IMG/VR virus record: IMGVR_UViG_3300037258_000931
Span: 64,001 to 128,000 of that record
Reading direction: 5' to 3' (one strand)
Length of the DNA stretch: 64,000 nt
From: a virus
Lineage: Duplodnaviria; Heunggongvirae; Uroviricota; Caudoviricetes
The notes below the pieces were generated by a model that ran no database searches, was not told the origin of the DNA, and saw nothing but the letters and a program-made list of their open reading frames with translations. The position numbers and the translations under genes are program-made. This document shows, one piece after another, positions 7,810 to 18,039 of this stretch; the first letter of the stretch is position 1, and every line of letters starts with the position of its first letter.

Positions 7810-9900
7810 ATGCCGACGCCGCACTCGTTCGACCAGGTTGAAGAGTTCAAAAAATACGTCGATTCGCTGGTCAAGGTCGAAACCAACAGCCGATCCTCGT
7901 ATATCTCGGTGGTGCGCACGATCACGGAGAAGCGGCGCCAGGAGATCCGCCGCTGGATCGAGAACGAGCAGGCCCTCTGTGCTCTCGACAGCGAGTATTT
8001 CGAAAGTCGCTACGCCTACGTTTGCAATGAGGGCGGCGAGATCTACAAGTTCAAGAATCGTAAATCTCAAGAGATCTTCGACAGCGTGGTCGCCGACTTC
8101 GACGAACGCCAGGTGGCGATCCGTTTGCTGGTCCTGAAAGCGCGGCAGGTAGGCATCACCACCAAGACAGCGCTGAAATTTCTACATCGCATGCTTTTTA
8201 TTCCGCACACCCAGGCGGTCATGGCGTCGGTGCAGGCGGAAAAGTCGGAGCTGATTCGAAGGATTCTGGAGATCGCCTACAACCGTTGCCCGTGGTGGCT
8301 GGTGCCACCGCGGAAGCCGAAGGGTGCCTATGACAACGGCTCGGTCCTCTCCATCCAATCCGGCATGCAGGCCACCGGCATTGCGCAGGGTTGGACGCCG
8401 ACCTGTATTCACATTTCCGAGTTGGCCGATATTCCCAAGCCGAAGAAAGTGATTGAAGAAGGTCTGCTGCGCGCCACGCACGCGACCCGAAACCTGTTCA
8501 TGGTGTTTGAAGGCACCGGCGGCGGCAACACCGGCTGGCTGGCCGATACCTGGCGGGCCGCCCGCGAGGGGTTTCCCAAGGGCCTTCACGATCTTTGCCC
8601 GGTGTTTATTCCCTGGGCGATGGCGACGGACCTTTATCCGGAAGCGGATTGGTTGCGCCAGTTTCCGGTGCCATCCAATTTTTATGAGAAACGGGATGAC
8701 GCCACCCGCAAGCACGTGACCCGGGCCGAACTTTACGTCCGCAACACCCCCTATCTGGCCAAAGTTGTAGGAGCGCGCTGGCGCATGCCGCTGGAGCAGC
8801 AGTGGTTTTGGGAGTTCAATTACCTGAAAGCCTGTACCAACAACTCGCAGAAGATCTGGCTGGCGCAGATGCCGGCCGACGATTTCGAAGCTTTGACAGG
8901 TGTGCACGACAGCGTGTTCCCGCCCGAGACGATCGACGAGATGGAAGACCACGTCTACGAAATCGTTGGCTCGGAAAAAGTTCGCAAAAAGCCGCTGCAG
9001 GCGTACGCGATTACCGGCGACTCGATCGACGACGGATTCGAAGTGGACGACTCAGCCGTTGACTTCGGTAAGCCGCACATCCGGGTGAGATGGCTCTCGC
9101 ACCGCGGCCAGAAGTACGATTGGGTGCTGGTGCCGCTCAAGCCGCTCGACGAAGACAATGAGGCTGCGACCTTCGACAAGCTTCTGGTATATGAAGAGCC
9201 TAAACAAGGTTATAGCTATAGCTGCGGGGTGGATACTGCGGACGGCTTAGGAAAGGAAGACGAAGACCGGACCTGCGTGTCGATGACCCGCAATCGCTTT
9301 GGCGACCAGTTTGATTACCAGGTGGCGGAGTTTGTATCGAATCGCGTGAACGCGGCTCAGGCGGTAGGGTTCTCGGCTTGCATGGCGGCATGGTATGGGC
9401 AATATTCGACTGACGGCCGTGGAGTGAAGTTCTGCATCGAGCAGGTGACCCGGCCCGGCGATACCTGCCAGCACCAGCTTATGCTGATGGGATTTCACAA
9501 CCATCACAAGCCACGGCGGTATGACAGCAAGCAGGTGAAGGACGACGGCGGCAAGAAGATGGGCTGGTTTTCGAATGTATGGAGCGTGCCAATTTTGATG
9601 ATCAATTTCACTGAGGCGGTGAATGGAGGATGGTACCGGCCGCACTCGAAGTGGCTGATCGATGAGCTGAAGACGCTGGAGCGGCACGCGGCAGCGGGAC
9701 GGCAGTCGAAGATGACGCATCGTTCTGGGAAGCATGACGATCGGGTACGGGCGGCGGCACAGTCATATTTCACGGCGCACGATTTTGACGTGCTTGCGGA
9801 GCGGGCGCAAAAGCGATACGCTCTGCCGGAAGAAAAGATGAAGCCGCTGCCGATGGGGCGCGGTTCGATGAACATGGTAGGGGTCGGAGATTGGGATTGA
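7810..9900 (+). CDS. terL: Terminase large subunit
   Basis: LKARQVGITT Walker A, CIHISE Walker B, FEGT coupling motif, GVDTADG and HDDRV RNase H-like nuclease motifs. Confidence 0.92.
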   Translation: MPTPHSFDQVEEFKKYVDSLVKVETNSRSSYISVVRTITEKRRQEIRRWIENEQALCALDSEYFESRYAYVCNEGGEIYKFKNRKSQEIFDSVVADFDERQVAIRLLVLKARQVGITTKTALKFLHRMLFIPHTQAVMASVQAEKSELIRRILEIAYNRCPWWLVPPRKPKGAYDNGSVLSIQSGMQATGIAQGWTPTCIHISELADIPKPKKVIEEGLLRATHATRNLFMVFEGTGGGNTGWLADTWRAAREGFPKGLHDLCPVFIPWAMATDLYPEADWLRQFPVPSNFYEKRDDATRKHVTRAELYVRNTPYLAKVVGARWRMPLEQQWFWEFNYLKACTNNSQKIWLAQMPADDFEALTGVHDSVFPPETIDEMEDHVYEIVGSEKVRKKPLQAYAITGDSIDDGFEVDDSAVDFGKPHIRVRWLSHRGQKYDWVLVPLKPLDEDNEAATFDKLLVYEEPKQGYSYSCGVDTADGLGKEDEDRTCVSMTRNRFGDQFDYQVAEFVSNRVNAAQAVGFSACMAAWYGQYSTDGRGVKFCIEQVTRPGDTCQHQLMLMGFHNHHKPRRYDSKQVKDDGGKKMGWFSNVWSVPILMINFTEAVNGGWYRPHSKWLIDELKTLERHAAAGRQSKMTHRSGKHDDRVRAAAQSYFTAHDFDVLAERAQKRYALPEEKMKPLPMGRGSMNMVGVGDWD

Positions 9901-10219
9901 AGATATTCAAACGCACTGGAGTGATTTGGAGAGCATTACGAAAGGCCCTCACGGCACCGTTGCCGGTGGGGCATGTCGAAGTCACGATCGGGCCGCGGGC
10001 GGAGACGCTGCAAGAGTTTTTCAAGCGCCAGACACGCGGCGTTAAAACACGCGAGCGCGAGCATCCGGTGATGATGAATTACCGGGAGCGGCATCTGCAA
10101 ACCCGCGGAGAGCTGGGATCGCAAGCAGATAACGAAGATCATGCCACTCATGCTTCCAAGTGCGGTGGCGCGGCAGTTCTGATGGGCGAGCGCATCTTTA
10201 TCGGCACACCGGAGAGGAA

Positions 10220-10609
10220 ATGAACGCGCAGCTTGCTAGAAAGATCGTTTATTGGTACGACGAGACGACCGGGGACATCCGCATGGGTCTGCCGGAACAG
10301 TTTCCCGCGCCGCGCGGGTTTCAGAAGATTGTTTGCAACTCCGCGCATGAAGCGGAGACCTGGTCTGAACGGATGCGGCGCTGGGAGCGGATCAAGCAGC
10401 AGATGGAGGACGAGCAACGGGAGTTGGTTGAGGGCCCGATCCGGGCTAACTTGCGCAGTTATATGCATCACCAGATGGCCAACGCGCGGAATAACATGAA
10501 TCGCGAGTTTCTACGCCAGCATTTGGAGCAGTATGGAGCGCGCCCGGACAAAACCAAGACCACGCGGGAGAGTTATCTGCACGCGGAGGGATTCGAGCAT
10601 GGGCATTGA
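10220..10609 (+). CDS. Hypothetical protein
   Basis: ATG after GGAGAGG. Confidence 0.65.
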   Translation: MNAQLARKIVYWYDETTGDIRMGLPEQFPAPRGFQKIVCNSAHEAETWSERMRRWERIKQQMEDEQRELVEGPIRANLRSYMHHQMANARNNMNREFLRQHLEQYGARPDKTKTTRESYLHAEGFEHGH

Positions 10610-10928
10610 GATCGATCGTCGCAGCTTTTTAACTCGGTTCGGGTGGGGCGCCGCCGCGGCCGCAGTTCCGCTTGCGCCCGCGGTTGTTTCGGCGACGCCA
10701 AACGATACGGTCGGACCATTGTTGCTTGAAAGGGTCTGCGACTGGTTTGAGGGATACACGCCGGAACAAAAAGCGGAGGCCCTCAAAGAGAATCCCGGTC
10801 GGTACGCTGGATGCGGAATTAGATTCCGCTGGTACTTTGGCTCGGGTTGTATGTGTCCGCAGTGTGGATGGACGTACTGCGTTACGCTTGAAGATATCAG
10901 GAGCAAGAGATTTCAGGTGCAAGCATAA
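10599..10928 (+). CDS. Cys-rich protein with a twin-arginine (Tat) signal-like N-terminus
   Basis: IDRRSFLT followed by a hydrophobic Ala-rich stretch; CMCPQC in the C-terminal half. Confidence 0.6.
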   Translation: MGIEIDRRSFLTRFGWGAAAAAVPLAPAVVSATPNDTVGPLLLERVCDWFEGYTPEQKAEALKENPGRYAGCGIRFRWYFGSGCMCPQCGWTYCVTLEDIRSKRFQVQA

Positions 10929-11105
10929 GTCTAGTCCAGAATATAGATTTTACGATTTATCTCGACCTATTCAGTCTTACTGGTTCTAGATAGGATTAAC
11001 TTGCGCTTTCGCTGAAATTGGTGTAGACGCGCAGTTTGACTTTACCTAGTATCCGCCCATGTGCATTGCCGAGCTGGAAGTGCTCTGCCGGCACCTTGAG
11101 GGCGC

Positions 11106-13148
11106 ATGGAGTTAGAGACAACCCACTGGCAGGTTCCCAAGTTTGAATCGAGCCCGACCGCGCGCATCGGCTGGGTGGAAGAACAGATTCAGGAGGGCGA
11201 AGGATTTCTGGAGGGCCAGGCATGTTATCGCAACCTGGGCACGAACCTTCGCGTCTTCGACGCCATTTTTCGCGATAAATCCCGTTCGACGCTGATCACC
11301 AACGAGCTGAAGTACGACATCCGCAAGTTTTGCGAGACGTTGGCGGAGGTGCGGGAGATCGCCGCCTACGGATCGGACGTGCCGGCGTACAAGCAGTACG
11401 CCGAGATGCTCACCAAAGTGGCGCGCGCGGTGTATCTGGAGTCCGATTTCCCGTCTCAGGTACTGAAATGGCTGCAATACGCCAGCGTGATGGGAATCGG
11501 ATATCTGTGGCCGAAGGTACGGGCAGACGAGTACGGATACGGCGAGCGAAAGATGGTGTTCGACGCACTAGGGCTGCTCGACGTGGTTCCCATTCAGATT
11601 CCGCGCAGCAACGATGTGCAGGATGCGTACGCGGTAACCATCTACGATTACATGCCGATTGCCGAAGCTCACGGCCGGTTCTCACTTTTCCAGGGACAGT
11701 TACAGACCGTGGGCCCGCGCAGCTATAAGACGCAGGTGCAGGCCAAGCGACTGGATTATGCCGAGCGTTTCCGTTACGGAGAGCAGGGGCGTAGCTTCGG
11801 GAATCTCTATTCGGAGATTCGCTACACGTTTATTCGTGACCTGCGCATCAACAACACCGGTTTTGAGCTGCCGATGGGCGACCCGGGAACGACCTGGTTT
11901 TACAAAGTTCCATATCTGGGGCAGCAGATCTTCGGCGGGATGCGCAACGGGCAGCCGTATATGCGCAGCGCCATGGTCGAAGACTGCCGGGTGTACCCGA
12001 CGTTGCGGCTGATCATTACTTCACCAGGCGTGGACCGGCCGATGTACGACGGACCCTGCTTTGACTGGGACAGCAAGTTTCCGGTAATTCAGCTTACGGT
12101 GGACGATTGGGCCTGGGAGGCGCTGGGGCGGTCGCTGGTAGGCGACGTGGCGACAATTGAAACGACCACGCGCAAGATCGAACGGAAGATCGACGACGTG
12201 ATTACCATCACGTTGAATCCTCCGATTGGCTATGACCACACCGCGACGGGCGGCGCTAAGATCGAGCACTTCGACATCTTTGAGCAAGATGTACGTTACG
12301 GGGTAGACGGCAAGCCGAAGGAGATCCTGCAATCGATTTTGCCCGAAGAAGTACGCGTAAATAATGAGCATTTCACCTTTTTGAAGTACCTGAAGGACTG
12401 CAAGCAGTCGCAACTTGGATTGCTGGACATGGGGAATCTGCAGAACATCAAGATGAATATTGCCAACGACACGGCGGACAAGATGCTGGAAGGCATTGGG
12501 CCGCTGGCCAAGGGCATCGCCGCGCGAATTGAAAAGGCGAACAAGGCGGTCGGGCGCCGAATGATGTTCCTGATTATGCAGTGGTTCAACGCCAGCCGTT
12601 TGATGGAATACGTCGGCCCGGAGAACATGGCGCGGGAGATGTTCGATTTCGACCCCAGCAACCTGGTGCCGAGCCATTTGCCGGACGAGATGGTGAACGG
12701 CGAGCTCCCGGTTACGCCGTCGCAATATGACCAGCTCACGCGGGCGCGCTGGTTTGTGCGCCAGATCCGGCTGATCTCGGTGCCGAGCACGTTGCTCCGG
12801 ATTACCCAGATGCAGGAGCAGTTGAAGTATCTGCAGCTCAAGCGCGGTAACGCGCCGATTTCATGGGCAACCGTGATGAAGAAGCTGGGAGTGGAGAACT
12901 ACGGCGATGTGAAAGGCAACACGGAGCGCGAGCGGTGGTTTAACGAAGAGTTGGAGACGCAAAAGCTGCAAATTCTAGCCGCGGCGCAGGCGCAACAACT
13001 GATGAAGCAGCTCGGAATACAGCCGCCAGAGCAAGGTGCAGGCGGAGGCAAGCCGCAGGGGCGGCCCACGACGGGCAATAAGGCTCCGAAGATCAAGCAA
13101 AAGGGCGGCGCGGGCGGCGCGCCACGCACAACGGTGACGGAGAGCTAG
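11106..13148 (+). CDS. Probable portal protein
   Basis: 680 aa, between terminase and scaffold/capsid; Q/G/K-rich C-terminal tail; call rests on synteny and size. Confidence 0.7.
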   Translation: MELETTHWQVPKFESSPTARIGWVEEQIQEGEGFLEGQACYRNLGTNLRVFDAIFRDKSRSTLITNELKYDIRKFCETLAEVREIAAYGSDVPAYKQYAEMLTKVARAVYLESDFPSQVLKWLQYASVMGIGYLWPKVRADEYGYGERKMVFDALGLLDVVPIQIPRSNDVQDAYAVTIYDYMPIAEAHGRFSLFQGQLQTVGPRSYKTQVQAKRLDYAERFRYGEQGRSFGNLYSEIRYTFIRDLRINNTGFELPMGDPGTTWFYKVPYLGQQIFGGMRNGQPYMRSAMVEDCRVYPTLRLIITSPGVDRPMYDGPCFDWDSKFPVIQLTVDDWAWEALGRSLVGDVATIETTTRKIERKIDDVITITLNPPIGYDHTATGGAKIEHFDIFEQDVRYGVDGKPKEILQSILPEEVRVNNEHFTFLKYLKDCKQSQLGLLDMGNLQNIKMNIANDTADKMLEGIGPLAKGIAARIEKANKAVGRRMMFLIMQWFNASRLMEYVGPENMAREMFDFDPSNLVPSHLPDEMVNGELPVTPSQYDQLTRARWFVRQIRLISVPSTLLRITQMQEQLKYLQLKRGNAPISWATVMKKLGVENYGDVKGNTERERWFNEELETQKLQILAAAQAQQLMKQLGIQPPEQGAGGGKPQGRPTTGNKAPKIKQKGGAGGAPRTTVTES

Positions 13149-13176
13149 CGGTCTGAGCTCGTTGAGATCTGTAGGT

Positions 13177-13216
13177 TCCCACCCATCGCAGAAGGTGCGA
13201 CAGATGGGACACCCGG
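13177..13216. repeat. REP-like palindrome family B, copy 1
   Basis: TCCCACCCATCGCAGAAGGTGCGACAGATGGGACACCCGG; relatives at 32623 and 49803. Confidence 0.65.
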
Positions 13217-13291
13217 AATCAGGAGTCAGCGTAAGGACGCGAGGGAGTATCTCTGGGTCTGTAAACGCGCTGCTACATTTACGGAGGATTC

Positions 13292-13531
13292 ATGACGGTT
13301 GGGATTCGAGTTCAAAAGGATTATTACTTGACCGAGGTTAGCCTGGAGTTGCCTGCGGACCTGACGCAGATTAACGAGATGCTGAAAGCGACCTCGACTA
13401 CGGGCAAGCTGATCGTGCAGTATAACAAGGGCTCGGTGCAGGGAATCAATATCGAGCAACGGACCAAGATCACAGACGCCCAGGCGAATGAAATTCGGCC
13501 GCTTTTAGAGATCGGCGAAAAAATTTTGTAA
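13292..13531 (+). CDS. Hypothetical protein (79 aa)
   Basis: GGAGG RBS. Confidence 0.7.
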   Translation: MTVGIRVQKDYYLTEVSLELPADLTQINEMLKATSTTGKLIVQYNKGSVQGINIEQRTKITDAQANEIRPLLEIGEKIL

Positions 13532-13539
13532 ATGAGCGC

Positions 13540-13568
13540 TTGACACGCAAAAAAAAGCGGCTTATACC
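13540..13568 (+). promoter_or_regulatory. Candidate sigma70 promoter
   Basis: TTGACA-N17-TATACC. Confidence 0.55.
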
Positions 13569-13626
13569 ACAGGAAGCATTCAACACCAGCCGCCGGATGC
13601 TTGATTGAACCGGCGGGGCTACGAAT

Positions 13627-13705
13627 ACGAGCGACATGCCCCCCCTCCTTGGGGAATAAGCAATGGCTCAGGACCAGCGATGGCCTCTGGGCCATTTCTG
13701 TTTTT
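13627..13705 (+). ncRNA. Structured cis-regulatory RNA element, copy 2
   Basis: ACGAGCGACATGCCC..GGGGAATAAGCAATGGCTCAGGACCA GCGA TGGCCTCTGGGCCATTTCTGTTTTT. Confidence 0.75.
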
Positions 13706-13732
13706 GTGCAATTCAACCCAAGGAGAAAAATC

Positions 13733-13840
13733 ATGGCAAAGCGGAAGCATCACAGCGCAATGAAGGCGAGCCACCTGAAGAAGGGCAAGGGCAAGCGTCA
13801 CCACAAGGGCGGCCACAAGAAGAGCGCCATCAAGGCTTAA
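13733..13840 (+). CDS. Small Lys/His-rich peptide (35 aa, MAKRKHHSAMKASHLKKGKGKRHHKGGHKKSAIKA)
   Basis: AAGGAG RBS; followed by a terminator. Confidence 0.75.
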   Translation: MAKRKHHSAMKASHLKKGKGKRHHKGGHKKSAIKA

Positions 13841-13846
13841 TCACAG

Positions 13847-13879
13847 CCCCGCCGGGCACACGATGCGCGGCGGGGTTTT
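13847..13879 (+). terminator. Intrinsic terminator
   Basis: CCCCGCCG/CGGCGGGG stem followed by TTTT. Confidence 0.6.
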
Positions 13880-13904
13880 GGTTGTTCGCTCCACGGGAGA
13901 TTGA

Positions 13905-14183
13905 ATGGGAACCGCACCTCCAACCATGCCGGACCAGCAAGCGCAGGGCGCTGCGCCACCGAGCGGCGGTCCTCCGCCTCAAGGAGCTTCGCAATCTCAG
14001 GCGCCGGCGAATCCGCTGCAAATGCAGTTGGCGCGCTGGTATCAGATCGTGAAGCAGATGGCGGCTGGCGATCCGAAGCTTGCCAGCGGAGCCGAAAAAA
14101 TTGCCCAGGGAATTCAAGAGATGCAGACGGCTTTAGTAAGTCCGCCTCAGCCGACGCCTATGGGCCAGCAACCGCAGTATTAG
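13905..14183 (+). CDS. Pro/Gln-rich head-region protein
   Basis: GGGAG RBS; position before the scaffold. Confidence 0.65.
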   Translation: MGTAPPTMPDQQAQGAAPPSGGPPPQGASQSQAPANPLQMQLARWYQIVKQMAAGDPKLASGAEKIAQGIQEMQTALVSPPQPTPMGQQPQY

Positions 14184-14230
14184 AAACAGGGAACACGAAA
14201 GATCAGAACCGATTTGGAGAACGCACTGGA

Positions 14231-15244
14231 ATGCCGACCCTTGCTGAAGTTTTGAAACAGACGGGCTTTACCGATGAGCAGATCGCGCAGCTCGATCCCA
14301 AGATGGTGACAGCAGTGAGCGGCGCGCTGACTGCGGCCGAACAGCAGGCCCAGGCGGCGCAGCAGGCCCAGGCGGAAGCAACGCGTCTGACGCAGGCGGC
14401 CGAAGAGCAGAAAAAGCAGGCCGAACTGTCCGCACAGCAGGCGGCTGCGGCGCGGGAAGCTGCTGAAGTAGCGCAGCGATCGAATGCAAAGTTTTACGAC
14501 GAGACGATTGCCCCGGCATTGAATGGCTGGGGGACCGAAAAGGCCAACCTGGAGGCTCAGGCGGCCTTCTATCGGGCTCAGAACGAAGCGGCGCGCAGCG
14601 CGGGATTTGTGCCCGCGGAAGCACCCAATTTCCAACCCCAGAATGCTTCGGCAGCGAATCCGACGCGCGATGCGCAGGGCCGCTATGTGGCCGGCGCCGC
14701 GAATGGCACTCCCGGATCTCCGACATTCCAGGGCGTAGATCTGGCTGCGATCGATCAGCGGCTGGGAACCGGAATCAGCAATATTGGCTGGGCGATGCAG
14801 GAATATGCGCGGTTCCATCCGGGGCAGTTCCTGCCTGATTCTTTCGACAAGCTGGGACAGGAAGCCGATAATGCGCGGCTTCCTTTCCGCGACTATGTGG
14901 CGCGCAAGTATGATTTTGCCGGCAAGCAGCAAGCGGCGCAGAAGGCCGCGCAGGATGCGCATGACGCCGAAGTGAAGGCGCGCGCAGATGCTGAATGGCA
15001 ACCGAAGTTGCAGGCCCTCGAAGCCGACAAAGCAAAGGCGATCGAAGACACCAACCGGAAGTGGGCCGAAAAGATCGGTTCGAATCCTGAAGTGCGTATC
15101 GCACAGAGCTCGAAGTTTACCGAGGTTGCCCGCGCTGTGAAATCGGGCGAGCGGCCTGACCCGTTGGCTTTGAACGACCAGCAGCGCCGGGCAGCGACGG
15201 CGCAAGCGATTCGCACCGACATGGCCGAGCAGACTGCGGCCTGA
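14231..15244 (+). CDS. Probable capsid scaffolding protein
   Basis: Ala/Gln-rich coiled coil directly upstream of the capsid gene. Confidence 0.6.
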   Translation: MPTLAEVLKQTGFTDEQIAQLDPKMVTAVSGALTAAEQQAQAAQQAQAEATRLTQAAEEQKKQAELSAQQAAAAREAAEVAQRSNAKFYDETIAPALNGWGTEKANLEAQAAFYRAQNEAARSAGFVPAEAPNFQPQNASAANPTRDAQGRYVAGAANGTPGSPTFQGVDLAAIDQRLGTGISNIGWAMQEYARFHPGQFLPDSFDKLGQEADNARLPFRDYVARKYDFAGKQQAAQKAAQDAHDAEVKARADAEWQPKLQALEADKAKAIEDTNRKWAEKIGSNPEVRIAQSSKFTEVARAVKSGERPDPLALNDQQRRAATAQAIRTDMAEQTAA

Positions 15245-15292
15245 GTTTTGACAGAAATGCCCGTGTTTCAGCGGGTAGCAGGAAAGATCGAT

Positions 15293-15368
15293 TGAGACGC
15301 ATGCCCTCCGCGATGGCGGAAATAAGCAATGGCTCAGGTCCATAAGTGGCCTAGAGCCATTTTTATTT
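15293..15368 (+). ncRNA. Structured cis-regulatory RNA element, copy 3 (upstream of the major capsid gene)
   Basis: TGAGACGCATGCCC TCCGC GATG GCGGA AATAAGC AATGGCTC..GAGCCATTTTTATTT. Confidence 0.75.
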
Positions 15369-15387
15369 CAGCCTAAGAAGGTGAACA

Positions 15388-16620
15388 GTGCCAACCGATC
15401 CGCTGTACAACGAAATTGACGCGTCCAACCTGGAGAGTGTCCGCCGGAACGTGGTGTTCAACAACCTGTTTGTGGACACGCCGTTTCAGGCCAAGCTGCG
15501 CCGGGCCGGGGTATGGGATGAATTCCTGGGCGGCGCCGGCATGATGGAAGGCATTCTCTACGGCCGCACGCAGGGCGCCGCGGTGAATCCAGGCCAGACG
15601 GTCACTGTGACCCGCCAGCAGATCAACACCGGCATCAAGTTCCTGCCCAAGGCGTATGCCACCTGGTATCCGCTGGACGACTGGGAGATGGATGACGGCT
15701 CCGGTACGGGGGGAGTGATCAACTCCGGTCCGTCGAAGATTGTGGACGAGTACCAGCTCTTCATGGAGACCATGGTGATGACCATGAACACCATGCAGGA
15801 GATGGATTCGTTCCGTCATGGTCAGCCGTCGTCGTCCACGGTGCAGGACAACCGCATCAAGGCGATCAACGGCCTAGATGAGGCGCTCAACAACGGCATC
15901 GATCCGTCGGTGTTCGGCAATATTTACACCAATTACGGTGGCCAGCAGCGTAATGGCAATATCGGCACGGCGCTGAACACGACGCCGGTGTATTGCGGCA
16001 CGACGAGCGGCGGCACGGGCCAGATTGACTTTGCGGTGCTGATGCAGTTGTGGTCGCAGTGCAAGGTGGCCGGCGGAAACCCGACGCTGGGTATCACAAA
16101 CGTGTTCGGCTTTAAGGCGATCGCGGTTGCGCTCGACGCGCAGCGCCGCGACGTTTCGAATACTCGTCACGACATCAAGTGGGACGGCCTGGTGTTTAAC
16201 GGCGTGGATATTTACGCCGATCCGCTGGCGCCTTCCGCGCAGGCGGGAAACTACATCGAGCTGGCGCCCACCAACGGCGCGGCCGGCAACACCAACCTGG
16301 CCGATGGCGTGGGTTCAAGCACGCAGACGGTTGCTTTCACGACGCCGCAGTTCACCAAGAACGGCGCCAACGTGACGGTTTCGCCGACCGGCTCGAATCT
16401 GCCTTCGACGACGACGATTCAGCCTTCCGAGGTTTTGTATTTTCTGGAGCCGGAAAGCTTCAAGATTCGGCCGACGAACAAGAAGGGCTGGAACTTTGGT
16501 CTGCGCCGGGCGCCGATGCCGAACAACGTGTCGATCGACGCCTTGTTTATGCGGCTGGGCACGAATCTTTACAACGTTCAACCGCGGCACAACGACTACG
16601 CATTCGGATTTACGGCTTAA
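15388..16620 (+). CDS. Probable major capsid protein
   Basis: 410 aa, GTG start after AGAAGG, strong G/C-ending codon bias, position after the scaffold. Confidence 0.75.
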   Translation: MPTDPLYNEIDASNLESVRRNVVFNNLFVDTPFQAKLRRAGVWDEFLGGAGMMEGILYGRTQGAAVNPGQTVTVTRQQINTGIKFLPKAYATWYPLDDWEMDDGSGTGGVINSGPSKIVDEYQLFMETMVMTMNTMQEMDSFRHGQPSSSTVQDNRIKAINGLDEALNNGIDPSVFGNIYTNYGGQQRNGNIGTALNTTPVYCGTTSGGTGQIDFAVLMQLWSQCKVAGGNPTLGITNVFGFKAIAVALDAQRRDVSNTRHDIKWDGLVFNGVDIYADPLAPSAQAGNYIELAPTNGAAGNTNLADGVGSSTQTVAFTTPQFTKNGANVTVSPTGSNLPSTTTIQPSEVLYFLEPESFKIRPTNKKGWNFGLRRAPMPNNVSIDALFMRLGTNLYNVQPRHNDYAFGFTA

Positions 16621-16673
16621 CCCACTGGTGCGCGCAGACGTTCGCTGGTGATTCAGATTGACGGAGGGCTTCA

Positions 16674-17537
16674 ATGCCATTTCAACCGATTGTACCCACT
16701 TGGCTGGCGTGGAATAACGGCAACTTCACGTCGCCGACCGCGCTTACGGACCTCCGTACCGGTCTGCCGTTCGCGGCGGGTGGATTGAACCTGGGCGATT
16801 ACTTTGACGCGACCAACGAGGAAGCCAAGTCTGGCTCCTATACGACCACAGGCACGCTGTATTCGGGCCGGTATCGCTTTGTGAGTGTCGACTCGGGCGC
16901 GACCGCGGCGAATGTAGCGACAGGCACGATTGGCTATCTTCGCAACGGTTTCTCGGTAGCCAATGTCATTATTACCGGCGCGGGTTCGGGACAAACGCCA
17001 GGACCCTATTCGATTGCCGGCACGGGCGGCTACGGCGCGGGAGCGGTGGCGCAGGTGGTGATCGGCGCCGGCGGCACGATGACTTCGGTGACGCTGCTGC
17101 AGGGCGGCAATGGGTACGTTCTGCCGCCGATCTTTAGCCTGGCAGGCGTGACCGGCGGCACTCCGGGCACCTTGAACACGCAGATGACGACTTCGCCAAA
17201 TGTGGTGACCAGCTACGACGTGGCCGCTAACGTGACCTATCCGGCGAACTACGGCGCACTTATTCGGCCGGTAGTCTTCCTGAATTCGATCACGCCAGGC
17301 AACTATGGGTTCGTGCAGGAGCTGGGCGTTGCAACTGTGCTCGGCAAGTCCGGGACCTTTACGGATAACCCGCCGCACATTGACGACTGGATCGACTCCA
17401 CAACCGCGGGAGTGGTGGACGCCCGGGTTGCGACGGCCAGCCCGATCGGAAATACCATCGGCCGAGCTGTCGATCTGCCGGTGATCTCGCAACTGTTCAA
17501 GATCTACATGAACTCTGTGCCGGTTGTGCAGGACTAA
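16674..17537 (+). CDS. Probable capsid decoration/auxiliary protein
   Basis: Gly/Thr-rich beta protein directly after the capsid gene; GGAGG RBS. Confidence 0.5.
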   Translation: MPFQPIVPTWLAWNNGNFTSPTALTDLRTGLPFAAGGLNLGDYFDATNEEAKSGSYTTTGTLYSGRYRFVSVDSGATAANVATGTIGYLRNGFSVANVIITGAGSGQTPGPYSIAGTGGYGAGAVAQVVIGAGGTMTSVTLLQGGNGYVLPPIFSLAGVTGGTPGTLNTQMTTSPNVVTSYDVAANVTYPANYGALIRPVVFLNSITPGNYGFVQELGVATVLGKSGTFTDNPPHIDDWIDSTTAGVVDARVATASPIGNTIGRAVDLPVISQLFKIYMNSVPVVQD

Positions 17538-17608
17538 CAGAGCTGAGACTTCCGCGCGCCGCCTGGTTGCACACCAGACGGCGCACGGGGTTCGACCAGG
17601 AGCAAAAC

Positions 17609-17944
17609 ATGGTTTTGACGGGGATTGGCAACAAGGCTCTCTATCCAGATTTTGTGGGACGGCGCGCGCTTTTTGTAGGTAGTGGACCGGGTCCGACGGC
17701 TTACAGCCAGACCGCCGGCGACGTGCTCTCGCTCAACCTTCCGAACTACTACATCGATGCGCCTTGCGGGACGGTTCAGTCGCTGAGTGGCACTTACTAT
17801 GTGGTGCCGCGGCCGGTAGCGATCGGCGCGCGCGGCGGGTGGTCACTCTACTGGTACGTGACTTCAAGCAACGCGCCGGTGGGCGCGAATGTGAATCTTT
17901 CAGCCGAAACGGTGCAATTGGGAGTGATCTGCGGACAGTTCTAA
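17609..17944 (+). CDS. Putative virion protein
   Basis: AGGAG RBS. Confidence 0.6.
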   Translation: MVLTGIGNKALYPDFVGRRALFVGSGPGPTAYSQTAGDVLSLNLPNYYIDAPCGTVQSLSGTYYVVPRPVAIGARGGWSLYWYVTSSNAPVGANVNLSAETVQLGVICGQF

Positions 17945-17992
17945 AAGCAGTTGTCAGGGATCAGTCGTCAGGGGTCAGTTCAAACAAAGGCC

Positions 17993-18023
17993 ACGGCTCT
18001 TGCTAACCGCAGGAGCCGTTTTT
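17993..18023 (+). terminator. Intrinsic terminator
   Basis: ACGGCTCTTGC/GCAGGAGCCGT stem followed by TTTT. Confidence 0.6.
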
Positions 18024-18039
18024 GGTTAACGGAGAAAGC

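Noticed and set aside
9891-10223. 110-aa ORF after terminase
   Set aside because: TTG start overlapping the terL end, no clear RBS or motif; left uncalled although it may be real
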